Assembly: GCA_030390025.1 (NCBI GenBank)
Contig: CM059432.1
Span: 75,208,001-75,272,000 of the forward strand
From: Squalus acanthias
Lineage: Eukaryota
Length of the DNA stretch: 64,000 nucleotides
Reading direction: 5' to 3'
This document shows, piece by piece, positions 40,580 to 51,275 of this stretch. Position 1 is the first letter of the stretch. Every line of letters begins with the position of its first letter. Both the position numbers and the translations under genes were made by a program. The notes beneath the pieces are model-generated. The model did not search any database, was not told where the DNA came from, and saw only the letters and a program-made list of their open reading frames with translations.

Positions 40580-42145
40580 CGGCACACATGTTTTGAATGT
40601 CCCCAAACTTCGTCTGAAACCAGCTTTGACTGAAATGATTCAAAAAATCTTTTCCCAGCTATGCAACTAAGAAAGGATTCTGCGAACTGACTTTCAGCAT
40701 TTTCAGGCAAGAAATCTTTTTCTTCCCATCCTTCTGTCACGGTGTCCTTACCATGGGGATCACTATTGCCATTCCCAAAATGTCCCTATGAGGAGGCAGA
40801 ACAGGAACAGGAGGAAGAAAAAAATTAGAGAAACACACAGGATAAGGCTACACCAAAGGAGAAGACCATATAGGAGTTACTCTTCGACCAGAGTCTAAAG
40901 ATCACGCCATTCCCTTGGAAAAGGTTTGCTTAAAGAGGCAACGGTTCCGTAAAGAGACATAGAAAGAACTTTGCCTTTCATTGCAAAATGAGTTATCGCC
41001 AGGACAGAAGATGGCATCATGAAGGAAAGCTCTAGCTATGGCACTTGTACTGGATCTGAGTGCTCATTAATCAGCAGGAGGGCAGAACTGTTGATATCAG
41101 CTAGCTCCTGCATACGCTGAGAGATGAAGCCCTGAAGCTGCTTTCCTCTGTTCTCCAAATCGTCTGCCAATGTCTGCAGGACAGCAGTCAAGGCATCCAC
41201 TTTTAATGCACTGATTGATCTCGAGGTCCCACTCTCAGAGTAGATGGACACAGATATTCATGGTGCCAGCTCACACTTCCACTAGTGCTGCATTGTGTCA
41301 AATCCCACGCAGATATTGGGACTAAGGATGGCATTGGACTTCACCATGACCCCTGCCGTCTCAAATCCTCCAAAATGGTCCTCACTATCTTCATGTGAGT
41401 GTGATGCTCATCCAGGATCATTCTGTTTTAGAATAGGACCCCAGAGATCTGAGTCCACAGGCTCAGGAGCCTCGGGCTGACTTCTGCAGAACTTCTGCTC
41501 TCTACTGTCAGATCCCACTTTCACTTCTGACTCCTCTGTCACCAAAAGTAATGAATGAAAGAGTGCCACACATATAAAAATACTTCAAGGAAATGTCAGG
41601 TGGTGCAGGTAGCTTACCTTGGCTACCCTGGTGAGACCATTAAACTTCTTCCTACACTACAAAGGAGTCCAAGGGTCAAGGAAGTAACACTCACTGCCAC
41701 TGTCAGATCCCTCCACAAAGTGCATACCACATTCTAGGCAGGTCTCCAACCCTGACCCTCAAACAGTACATCCTTCCTGCTCTATATCTCCTTTACGAGG
41801 TCATGCATGTCTGTTTCCTTGAAGTTTGCTGTTTGCTTCTTTGATATGGCTTCCATCCTTGTTGCCGAGGTTGTCTGATTCTGCCATTACCCCTTAGGAG
41901 CAGTACATTTTATTTCCTGCTGTGGCACCAGGTTTCTGCCTCTCCTCTAGGTATTTTCCAACTGCTACCCCATCCCCCACCCGCTTTCATCCCTCTCCAT
42001 CCCTAGGTATTACCAAATCCCCATGCCCTCACTATCCCCACTCCTGAGTCCTCCTAACCATTCATAGGCCATTTGGGGCGTAACTCCTGCCCCTTAACCA
42101 TTTTCCACCTCAAGGATATCTGAGGCATTGCAGGTTATATTTGAA
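40580..42145. mobile_element. Decayed Harbinger element (transposase N-terminus +, Myb -)
   Basis: Minus strand MEAISKKQTANFKE..CRKKFNGLTRVAK|gtaagc at ~41.6-41.85 kb. Confidence 0.6.
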
Positions 42146-42147
42146 AT

Positions 42148-42440
42148 TAACATAAGAACATAAGAAATAGGTGCAGGAGTAGGCTATGTGGCCCCTCGAT
42201 CGAGCCTGCTCCGCCATTCAATAAGATCATGGCTCATCTTCACCCTTAACTCCACTTTCTCGTCCGTGTACAAGGACACCCAAATACCGCGGAACAACAA
42301 CATTTAATAGTTTCTCACCATTTAAAAATATTCTGGTTTTCTATTCTTCTTCCCAAAATGAATAACCTCACATTTCCCACATTATGCTCCATCTGCCACC
42401 TTATTGCCCATTAACTTAACCTGTCTATATCCCTTTACAG
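42148..42440 (-). mobile_element. CR1 3' tail and internal fragment
   Basis: aacataagaacataagaaatagg..gagcctgctccgccattc. Confidence 0.8.
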
Positions 42441-43045
42441 ACACTGTGGGGGAAAAATTTGTTTTCGCCAGCAAAGCTGCCAGTGTCGTCGGCAACTGCA
42501 GTTAACGGCCGTTGGAAATGGCCGCAAAGCTAACCGAGTGAAATTGGTCTGGGGGGCATGGAGACAGGTGACGCAGCGCTCACCTGCCGTGCAATGCCGT
42601 CCTGGTGGCGTTGCTGGAGGGAGCTGGGACGAAGTTTCTGTTGCAGCTTCCCACAGCCTCTGTGAGCAAAACTGTGGAGCTCGCAAGGAATTGTGGGCAA
42701 TGAAGAGGTCTGCAATTTAAAGGGGCCATGCACACTGAAGCAATACAAAATAAAATGCAGTGAATCAATACATTTTTCAGCCCTTTCTGCCTTTTAAGAA
42801 ATATTCAATATTTAAAAGAAGTTCTAAATGTGAATATTCAGCTGTTAAAACTGAATTACCTTCCTAACCTCAACAAATGGGAAAACTGCATCAGCACTAA
42901 CACAAATAGCTCAGCAAGCCAGGGAAGGGGCACTCAGGGTCTCGCACACAGCTTTGTGCAGGGGCTCAACACTGCAAGACTGGCCCTCTACGCACAGGGG
43001 CCAGGAGGCCCTCCAGAAAGAACAATGTGGAAGTACATTACTAAG

Positions 43046-43520
43046 CGTTTCCTCTGCCCACCTGGGGCTCTCTTGCCGTGCCGGAGCTCCGAGTAGAGCG
43101 CTTATCGTGCATGCGGACAATGTGACCCGTCCATCGGAGCTGATCGAGCGTGGTCAAAGCTTCGATGCTGGGAATGTTGGCCTGAGCAAGAACACCCTCA
43201 AAGCCTCCTTGAAAAAGTGTAACATCCCCACCGACACCTGGGAATCTCTGGCCCAAGACCGCACAAAGTGGAGGAGAAGCATCCGGGAAGGCGCCGAATA
43301 CCTCGAGTCTCTTCGCTGGGAGCAAGCGGAAGCCAGGCGCAGGCAGCGCAAGGAGCGCACGTCAACCCAAGCACCCCACCCACCTGCCCCTTCAACCACC
43401 GTCTGCCCCACCTGTGACAGAGACTGTAGGTCCCGCATTGGACTCATCAGTCACCTGCGAACTCATTTTTAATGTGGAAGCAAGTCATCCTCGGTTCCGA
43501 GGGACTGCCTAAGAAGAAGA
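43046..43520 (+). mobile_element. RTE LINE insertion with 5' inversion
   Basis: 43046-~43190 antisense, ~43192-43520 sense with (aag)n tail; TSD acattactaag at 43035 and 43521. Confidence 0.92.
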
Positions 43521-44139
43521 ACATTACTAAGGCCATCACTGACAGCAGTGTCACCCCCACCACCTGGCTCCAGTGCCCAAAGAAGCTTCATGACCTCAGA
43601 CCACTGGTCAAGGACAGTGAATACATCTTCAAAAGCCGTCTCCTACCAACTGCACCACTAGCCTCACACACTGTTCAATGCAGAAGCCCCAATCACTCAC
43701 CTACCAACAAACTGCACCATTGACGAGGCACATCTCCCATTTCTAGCTTCACCTCATCCCCTTGGAGGAGACGGTGCAGGCCATTCTTGGCAGGGGCATG
43801 GTTGAGCTCTTAGCCAGCGGCGGGGCTGAAAGGGTACAAGGTGTTGGTATCCTCGTACATTATCCTCCTTCTGACATCCACCTCTTACTTTCCCGCCCTC
43901 CCATCAGCACAACTCCACCCTTGTGCCTTCCTCATTTCACACACCCAAGAAATGCAGCCTGCCCAGCCAGTGGGTCAACAAGAAGAGGCAGCCTGCCCAG
44001 CCAGTGGGACCGTAGGTGGATGATTCCATCCCGGATATACCTGATATGTCTGATTCCTCCTCTTCGGCTTCCTCCTCTTCTGCATCTTCCTGTTCTGCGT
44101 CTTCCTCGTCCCTCTGCAAGCGGATGCTGTAAATGTGAA

Positions 44140-44262
44140 ATGACAGCACAAAATGCTGGAATTACTCAGTTGGTCAGGCAGCATGTCGACCTGAGACGTG
44201 AACTCTGTTTTTCTCTCCACGAATGTTGCATGACCTGCTGAGTATTCGCAGCATGTTCTGTC
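44140..44262. mobile_element. Degenerate fold-back Penelope pLTR mini-element
   Basis: aaaatgctgga..ggtcaggcagcat / gacctg..ctctccac..gacctgctgagt. Confidence 0.65.
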
Positions 44263-44756
44263 TTCTCAAAGGCCTTCATTTACCATCTGAGCCCTTGCAA
44301 GCATCTAGCAGCACTCCCTACACACTTTTCATATCTATTGTAGCAAGCAACAACACTGTTAGAATTACGGCCCCAGTGTACTTGGCAAAAGAAATGCCAT
44401 GAGCTGATAGTCCAAACAGGCTGGCTGTGGTTAGCTTAGTAATGTGCAAACTGTTAGAAAAAGCACAATAGGAAGACTAAGCTGCTAATTCAGTTAAAGA
44501 GCTGCAGATTTCACATTGCATGGCAAGCATCACATACCATTGTCTAGGTTTGGCTATATATTTAATATTGATAAGGGAAATGCAGCTTTTGTTTTAGTAT
44601 ATTTTCAAAGGATGTTGAATCTGCTCTGATTTTATGCTAGTGGGGATTGGTTTCCAAGGTACAGCCAGCAGAAAAGTTTAAGTTTGTGCGAAGACACAGC
44701 AGCATCACTGTGAGCTACTGGCTGAGATCTGCAAAACCAATTTATTCAAGAAACCT

Positions 44757-44935
44757 TGGGGGAGAAATTGAGTCGCGCCCCCTTTGGGGCGCTAACTTCG
44801 CCAGGGCGCTACTTTTAGCGCCCCGGAAAAATTAGCATTCCCACGGCCGAAATTGAGTGGTAGCGCCCCAAGAGGAAAGCGGGACGCTACTGGAAGTGCC
44901 CTACCTCCCTCTAGGGGCACTACGAGGGAATAGCG
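44757..44935. mobile_element. Harbinger-type MITE end
   Basis: gggggagaaattg terminus with repeated gcgcccc/ggggcgc motifs. Confidence 0.5.
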
Positions 44936-46118
44936 CCCCCTAGTCCTATAATCCCCTACCAGTGGAAATAGTTTCTCTCTCTCTACCTTATCTGTTCCCC
45001 TTAATATCTTGAAAACTTCATTCAAATCACCCCTTAACCTTCTAAATTCCAGGGAATACAACCCTAGTTTGTGTAATCTCTCCTCGTAATTTAACCCTGG
45101 AGTCCAGGTATCATTCTGGTAAACCTACGCTGCACTCCCTTCAAGGCCAATATATCCTTCCTAAGTTGTGGTGCACAGAACTGCTCACAGTACTCCAGGT
45201 GTGGTCTAACCAGGGTTTTCTACAGCTGAAGCATGACTTTTACCCCCTTGTATTCTAGTCCTCTAGATATAAAGGCTAGCATTCCATTAGCCTTTTTGAT
45301 TATTTTCTGTACCTGTTCATGGCATTTTAATGATCTATGTACCTGGAACCCCCAAGTCTCTTTGGTCCTCCAATGTTTTTAGCTTTTCACCATTTAGAAT
45401 GTACCCTGTTCTATCCTTTTTTAGGTCCAAAGTGGATGACCTCACATTTGCCGACACTGAAATTCATTTGCCACAATTTTGCCCATTCACTTAATCTATC
45501 AATATCCCTTTGTAATTTGATGCTTTCATCGGTACTGCCTACAATGCCACCTATCTTTGTGTCATCGGCAAATTTGGGTATGTATCTTTCTATCTCATCA
45601 TCTAAGTCGTTAATAAATACGGTGAATAGTTGAGGTTCCAACACAGATCCCTGTGGTACACCACTAGTCACATCCTGCTAATTAGAGTAGCTGCTCATTA
45701 TCCCTACTCTCTGTCTCCTGCCGCTCAGCCAATTTCCTAACCAGGTCAATAATTTGCCTTCAATTCCATGGGCTTCAACCTTAGGTAACAGTCTGTTATG
45801 AGGGACTTTATCAAATGCCTTCTGGAAGCCCATATAAATTACATCCATAGACTTTAGTCACCTCTTCAAAAAATTCAATGAGGTTCGTCAGGCATGACCT
45901 ACCTTTTACAAATCCATGCTGGCTCTCTCTGATCAGCTGAAAATTTTTGAGGTATTCAGTCACCCTGTCCTTAATTATAGACTCTAGTAATTTCCCGACA
46001 ACAGATGTTAAGCTAACTGGTCTATAATTTTCTGGTTTCCCGCTCTCACCATTCTTAAATAGCAGAGTGACATGCGCAATTTTCCAATCTAAAGGAATGG
46101 TTCCTGAGTTGAGAGAAC
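44936..46118 (-). mobile_element. CR1 RT fragment
   Basis: NYRPVSLTSVVGK..GVPQGSVL..FADD. Confidence 0.9.
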
Positions 46119-46806
46119 ACCGCTGAGAGAGAGTGTATCTCATATCCTGCAAACCTCTCTCAGATGCTGCACTGGAAAAATTGGAATCTGGTAGTCATTG
46201 AATTCTCCAAGACTTGCAAACCATTAGTAAATGCTTTCATGTTATGGGAGATGAATGCAGATGTTCCTGTATCACCCACATGCTACAGGATACACTGCAT
46301 CAATGAGTATCCCTTTCTCTTGATGGCACAGAGGATGGAATTAGTCTCAACCACAACCATATTGCCCACATTATGTGAGATAGAATGCAGAGCTTCCATA
46401 TGTGTGTGATGTTCTGCTTGATAATCCTTTTCGTTATTACAGGATCCCTGAGATTATATTCTGCATGCTTTAGAGACAAGGGCTGACTTTTACGGGCCTC
46501 TACTCAAGAACAACAGGATCTCTTCCATCTATATCTTCTGACATCCTTGTGTCCTTTTACTCACCAAGTAAATACTTCTCGTCTAATTCACCATGAGTGT
46601 TCCTCTCTAGGGTTGGTGAGTGCTAGTGATGGGGTGAATGACAGAATGGGGGAATAACCAGGATTATTGCTTAATATTGAAGGTCCAGGTAGTTTATCTT
46701 CTGTGTCTTCTTGCAGTCCTCGACTTCTTGCTGCTTCTGTGGAAAATAAAAGGAATTATGTTAACATCATTGTATCTATTTCCATTTTTGTTACTTTTGC
46801 GTGCCT

Positions 46807-47080
46807 CCAGCGTCGACAGCGGGGGAGGAGGAGCCTTTCTTTCTTTCTCTCTCCCACAGAGCGGTCGGCAGCGGGGAAGGAGGAGCGGACCTGGTTGGAG
46901 CGGCAGAGGCCTGAGGTGTGTCAATAAAGGGAGGCCCGAGGCTCAGGTAGGCCTCAGACCAGCGTCGACAGCGGGGGAGGAGGAGCCTTTCTTTCTTTCT
47001 CTCTCCCACAGAGCGGTCGGCAGCGGGGAAGGAGGAGCGGACCTGGTTGGAGCGGCAGAGGCCTGAGGTGAGTCATTAAA
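46807..47080 (+). repeat. Two ~122-bp monomers, period 152 bp, in CR1 5'UTR
   Basis: 46807-46928 nearly identical to 46959-47080. Confidence 0.95.
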
Positions 47081-47346
47081 CTCACCTACGTGGCCTTTTT
47101 CCCCAGCGGGGTAAGAGCTTCGCGGGCTTTTTCAAAGGCAGGGGGCGGGGCCAATTCATTGGTACCCGTATATAGGTGGAGCGGTTGCTAAACCCGAGAC
47201 ACTACACTAGTAGTGACTCCCACCCTCCCACCTCCTCTAACCTTTAGGGGTAGAGGGAATTTAAAAGGTAGGTTCGATTTTATATTTTGTTTTCAGGGAC
47301 TTAACTCCTGGACCTAAGATAAATAAGTTAACATAAGGGTTAAGTC

Positions 47347-48291
47347 ATGACAGGAAGTCTCGGACCCATTTCATGCTCCTCCTGTGCCATGTGGGAAACC
47401 AGGGACACTTCCAGTGTCCCTGACAACTACGTGTGCGGGAAGTGTGTCCAGCTGCAGCTCCTGACAGCCCGCATGGCGGTGCTGGAGCTGCGGGTGGACT
47501 CACTCTGGAGCATGCATGATGCCGAGAACTCGGTGAATCGCTCATTTAGCGAGTTGTCCACACCGCAGGTAAAGGCTAGGACAGACAGTGAATGGGTGAC
47601 CAAGAAGCAGGGCAATATCAGGAAGGTAGTGCAGGAGTCCCCTGTGGTCATCTCCCTCCAAAACAGGTATGCTGCTTTGGATACTGTTGGGGGAGATGGC
47701 CTACCAGGGGAAGGCACTAGCAGCCAGGTTCATGGCACCATGGCTGGCTCTGCTGCACAGCAGGGCGGGAAAAAGAGTGGTAGGGCTATAGTGATAGGGG
47801 ACTCAATTGTAAGGGGAATAGACAGGAGTTTCTGTGGCCGCAAACGAGATTCCAGGATGGTATGTTGCCTCCCTGGTGCAAGGGTCAAGGATGTCTCAGA
47901 GCGGCTGCAGAACATTCTGAAGAGGGAGGGTGAACAGCCAGCTGTCGTGGTGCATGTAGGTACCAACAATATAGGTAAAAAGCGGGAAGAGGTCCTACAA
48001 GCAGAATTTAGGGAGCTAGGAGCTAAATTAAAAAGTAGGACCTCTAAGGTAGTAATCTCTGGATTGCTACCAGGGCCACGTGCTAATCAGAATAGAGAGA
48101 ACAGGATAGTGAGATTGAATACGTGGCTTGAGCAGTGGTGCAGGAGGGAGGGATTCAAATTCCTGAGGCATTGGAACCAGTTCTGGGGGAAGTGGGACCT
48201 GTACAAAAGGGACGGTCTGCACTTGGGCAGGACTGGAACCGATGTCCTCGGGGTAATATTTGCTAAAGCAGTTCGGGAGGATTTAAACTAA
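47347..48291 (+). CDS. CR1 ORF1p: zinc finger/leucine zipper + SGNH esterase (314 aa)
   Basis: CSSC..CGKC, heptad leucines, GDSIV, VGTNN, DGLH. Confidence 0.92.
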   Translation: MTGSLGPISCSSCAMWETRDTSSVPDNYVCGKCVQLQLLTARMAVLELRVDSLWSMHDAENSVNRSFSELSTPQVKARTDSEWVTKKQGNIRKVVQESPVVISLQNRYAALDTVGGDGLPGEGTSSQVHGTMAGSAAQQGGKKSGRAIVIGDSIVRGIDRSFCGRKRDSRMVCCLPGARVKDVSERLQNILKREGEQPAVVVHVGTNNIGKKREEVLQAEFRELGAKLKSRTSKVVISGLLPGPRANQNRENRIVRLNTWLEQWCRREGFKFLRHWNQFWGKWDLYKRDGLHLGRTGTDVLGVIFAKAVREDLN

Positions 48292-48338
48292 TATGGCAGG
48301 GGAATGGGAACCTATGTAGCGAAACAGGGGGAAGTAAT

Positions 48339-51275
48339 ATGCAGTCAGAAACAAATGTTAGAAGGGTGAGAAACAATAGGGGAAGGCCGAGTAAACAAAG
48401 GCAAGAAACACAAAGGGCCATACTAAATCATAAGTCTAAAAGGACAAAGGATGTTAATAAAACAAGCCTAAAGGCTCTGTGTCTTAATGCAAGGAGTATC
48501 CGTAATAAGGTGGATGAATTGACTGTGCAAATAGATGTTAACGGATACGATGTGATTGGGATTACAGAGACGTGGCTCCAGAACAATCAAGGCTGGGAAC
48601 TGAACATCCAGGGGTATTCAACATTCAGAAAGGATAGAATAAAAGGAAAAGGGGGTGGGGTAGCATTGCTGGTTAAAGAGGAGATTAATGCAATAGCTAG
48701 GAAGGACATCAGCTTGGAGGATGTGGAATCAATATGGGTTGAGCTGCAGAACACCAAAGGGCAGAAAACGTTAGTGGGAGTTGTGTACAGACCTCCAAAC
48801 AGCAGTAGTGAGGTGGGGGAGGGTATGAAACAGGAAATCAGAGGTGCGTGCAAAAAAGGCACGGCAGTTATCATGGGTGACTTTAATATGCATATAGATT
48901 GGGCTACTCAAACTGGAAGCAATACGGTGGAGGAGGATTTCCTGGAGTGTTTAAGGGATGGTTTCCTAAACCAATATGTTGAGGAACCAACTCGAGGGGA
49001 GGCCATCCTGGACTGGGTGTTGTGTAATGAGGAAGGACTAATCAGCAATCTTGTGGTACGAGGCCCCCTGGGGAAGAGTGACCATAGTATGGTGGAGTTC
49101 TACATTAGGATGGAGAAGGAAACAGTTAAGTCAGAGACCATGGTCCAGAACGTAAATAAGGGCAACTTTGAGGGTATGAGGCGTGAATTGGTGAGGTTAA
49201 ATTGGCAAGCGATATTTAAGGGGCTATCAGTGGAAGGGCAATGGCAGACATTTAGAGATCGCATGGATGAACTACAACAATTGTACATCCCGGTCTGGCG
49301 TAAAAATAAAAAAGGGAAGGTGGCTCAACCATGGCTAACAAGGGAAATCAGGGATAGTATTAAAACCAAGGAAGTTGCATACAAATTGGCCAAAAGTAGC
49401 AGCAAACCCGGGGACTGGGAGAACTTCAAAACTCAGCAGAGGAGGACGAAGGGTTTGATTAGGGCAGGGAAAATAAAATATGAAAGGAAGCTTGCAGAGA
49501 ACATTAAAATGGACTGCAAAAGCTTCTATAAATATGTAAAAAGAAAGAGGTTAGTAAAAACAAACGTAGGTCCCCTGCAGTCGGAAACAGGGGAAGTCGT
49601 AATGGGGAACAAGGAAATTGCAAATCAATTGAACAAGTACTTTGGTTCGGTGTTTACTGTGGAGGACACACACAACCTGCCGGAAATAAAAGGGGTCAGA
49701 GGATCTGGTAAGAGGGAGGAGCTGAGGGAAATCCTTATTAGTCAGGAAAAGGTATTGGGGAAATTGATGGGACTGAAGGCTGAAAAATCCCTGGGTCCTG
49801 ATGGTCTGCATCCCAGAGTACTTAAGGAGGTGGCCTTGGAAATAGTGGATGCATTGACGATCATTTTCCAACATTCCTTAGACTCTGGATCAGTTCCGAT
49901 GGAGTGGAGGGTGGCCAATGTAACCCCTCTTTTTAAAAAAGGAGGGAGGGAGAAAGCAGGGAATTATAGACCGGTCAGCCTGACATCGGTTGTGGGTAAA
50001 ATGATGGAAGCAATTATTAAAGATGTCATAACAGACCATTTGGAAAGTGGCAACATGATAGGTCCAAGTCAGCATGAATTTGTGAAAGGGAAATCATGCT
50101 TGACAAATCTTCTGGAATTTTTTGAGGATGTTTCCAATAGGGTGGACAGGGGGGAACCAGTAGATGTGGTGTATTTGGACTTTCAGAAGGTCTTCGACAA
50201 GGTCCCACACAAGAGATTGGTGAGCAAAGTTAAAGCACATGGGATTGGGGGTAATGTGTTGACGTGGATTGAGAACTGGTTGGCACACAGGAAACAAAGA
50301 GTAGGAGTAAATGGGTACTTTTCAGAATGGCAGGCAGTGACCAGCGGGGTACCGCAGGGTTTGGTGCTGGGACCCCAGCTGTTTACATTATATATTAATG
50401 ATTTGGACGAAGGGATTAAATGTAATATCTCCAAATTTGCGGATGACACTAAATTGGGAGGCAGTGTGAACAATGAGGAGGATGCTAGGAGGCTACAGAG
50501 TGACTTGGACAGGTTGGGTGAATGGGCAAATGTATGGCAGATGAAGTACAATGTGGATAAATGTGAGGTTATCCACTTTGGTGGTAAAAATAGAGAGGCG
50601 GACTATTACCTGAATGGTGGCAGATTAGGGAAAGGGGAGGTGCAACGAGACCTGGGCGTCATGGTACATCAGTCACTGAAGGTGGGAATGCAAGTGCAGC
50701 AGGCAGTCAAGAAAGCAAACGGAATGATGGCCTTCATAGTAAGGGGATTTGAGTACAGGAGTAGGGAGGTGATGCTGCAGTTGTACAGGGCCTTGGTGAG
50801 GCCACACCTGGAGTATTGTGCGCAGTTTTGGTCTCCTAACTTAAGGAAGGACATTCTTGCTATTGAGGGAGTGCAGCGAAGGTTCACTAGATTGATTCCT
50901 GGGATGGCCGGACTGACATATCAAGAAAGATTGGGTCAACTGAACTTGTATCCTCTGGAGTTCAGAAGAATGAGGGGGGATCTTATAGAGACATTTAAAA
51001 TCCTGACTGGTTTAGACAAATTAGATGCGGGCAGAATGTTCCCAATGGTAGGGAAAACTAGAACCAGGGGTCACAGTCTAAGGATTAAGGGGAAGCCATT
51101 TAGGACTGAGCTGAGGAGGAACTTCTTCACCCAGAGAGTGGTGAATCTATGGAATTCTCTTCCACAGAAGGTTGTTGAGGCCAGTTCGCTAAATATATTC
51201 AAAAGGGAGTTAGATATAACACTCACAACTAGGAGGATCAAGGGGTATGGCGAGAAAGCAGGAATGGGGTACTGA
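48339..51275 (+). CDS. CR1 ORF2p: APE endonuclease + reverse transcriptase (978 aa)
   Basis: NARS, ITETW, YRPP, GDFN, SDH; RT LDFQK, GVPQG, FADD; uninterrupted frame. Confidence 0.95.
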   Translation: MQSETNVRRVRNNRGRPSKQRQETQRAILNHKSKRTKDVNKTSLKALCLNARSIRNKVDELTVQIDVNGYDVIGITETWLQNNQGWELNIQGYSTFRKDRIKGKGGGVALLVKEEINAIARKDISLEDVESIWVELQNTKGQKTLVGVVYRPPNSSSEVGEGMKQEIRGACKKGTAVIMGDFNMHIDWATQTGSNTVEEDFLECLRDGFLNQYVEEPTRGEAILDWVLCNEEGLISNLVVRGPLGKSDHSMVEFYIRMEKETVKSETMVQNVNKGNFEGMRRELVRLNWQAIFKGLSVEGQWQTFRDRMDELQQLYIPVWRKNKKGKVAQPWLTREIRDSIKTKEVAYKLAKSSSKPGDWENFKTQQRRTKGLIRAGKIKYERKLAENIKMDCKSFYKYVKRKRLVKTNVGPLQSETGEVVMGNKEIANQLNKYFGSVFTVEDTHNLPEIKGVRGSGKREELREILISQEKVLGKLMGLKAEKSLGPDGLHPRVLKEVALEIVDALTIIFQHSLDSGSVPMEWRVANVTPLFKKGGREKAGNYRPVSLTSVVGKMMEAIIKDVITDHLESGNMIGPSQHEFVKGKSCLTNLLEFFEDVSNRVDRGEPVDVVYLDFQKVFDKVPHKRLVSKVKAHGIGGNVLTWIENWLAHRKQRVGVNGYFSEWQAVTSGVPQGLVLGPQLFTLYINDLDEGIKCNISKFADDTKLGGSVNNEEDARRLQSDLDRLGEWANVWQMKYNVDKCEVIHFGGKNREADYYLNGGRLGKGEVQRDLGVMVHQSLKVGMQVQQAVKKANGMMAFIVRGFEYRSREVMLQLYRALVRPHLEYCAQFWSPNLRKDILAIEGVQRRFTRLIPGMAGLTYQERLGQLNLYPLEFRRMRGDLIETFKILTGLDKLDAGRMFPMVGKTRTRGHSLRIKGKPFRTELRRNFFTQRVVNLWNSLPQKVVEASSLNIFKRELDITLTTRRIKGYGEKAGMGY

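Larger units (their letters stand above)
34762..40580. mobile_element. Decayed Harbinger element (Myb on +, transposase N-terminus on -), host to Penelope insertion
   Basis: ggggggtgaaattcg left end; WDQIAE..QCPKKFHDLRRVVK|gtcag at 38.8-39.05 kb; basic/acidic transposase N-terminus at 39.8-40.1 kb. Confidence 0.65.
42447..44375. mobile_element. Decayed Harbinger element related to the 34.8-40.6 kb copy
   Basis: WLQCPKKLHDLRPLVK; 43560-43990 aligns with 39000-39490; G-rich/C-rich ends. Confidence 0.65.

Noticed and set aside
46638..47066. 142-aa ORF with internal repeat
   Set aside because: Chance read-through from flank into the CR1 5'UTR monomers
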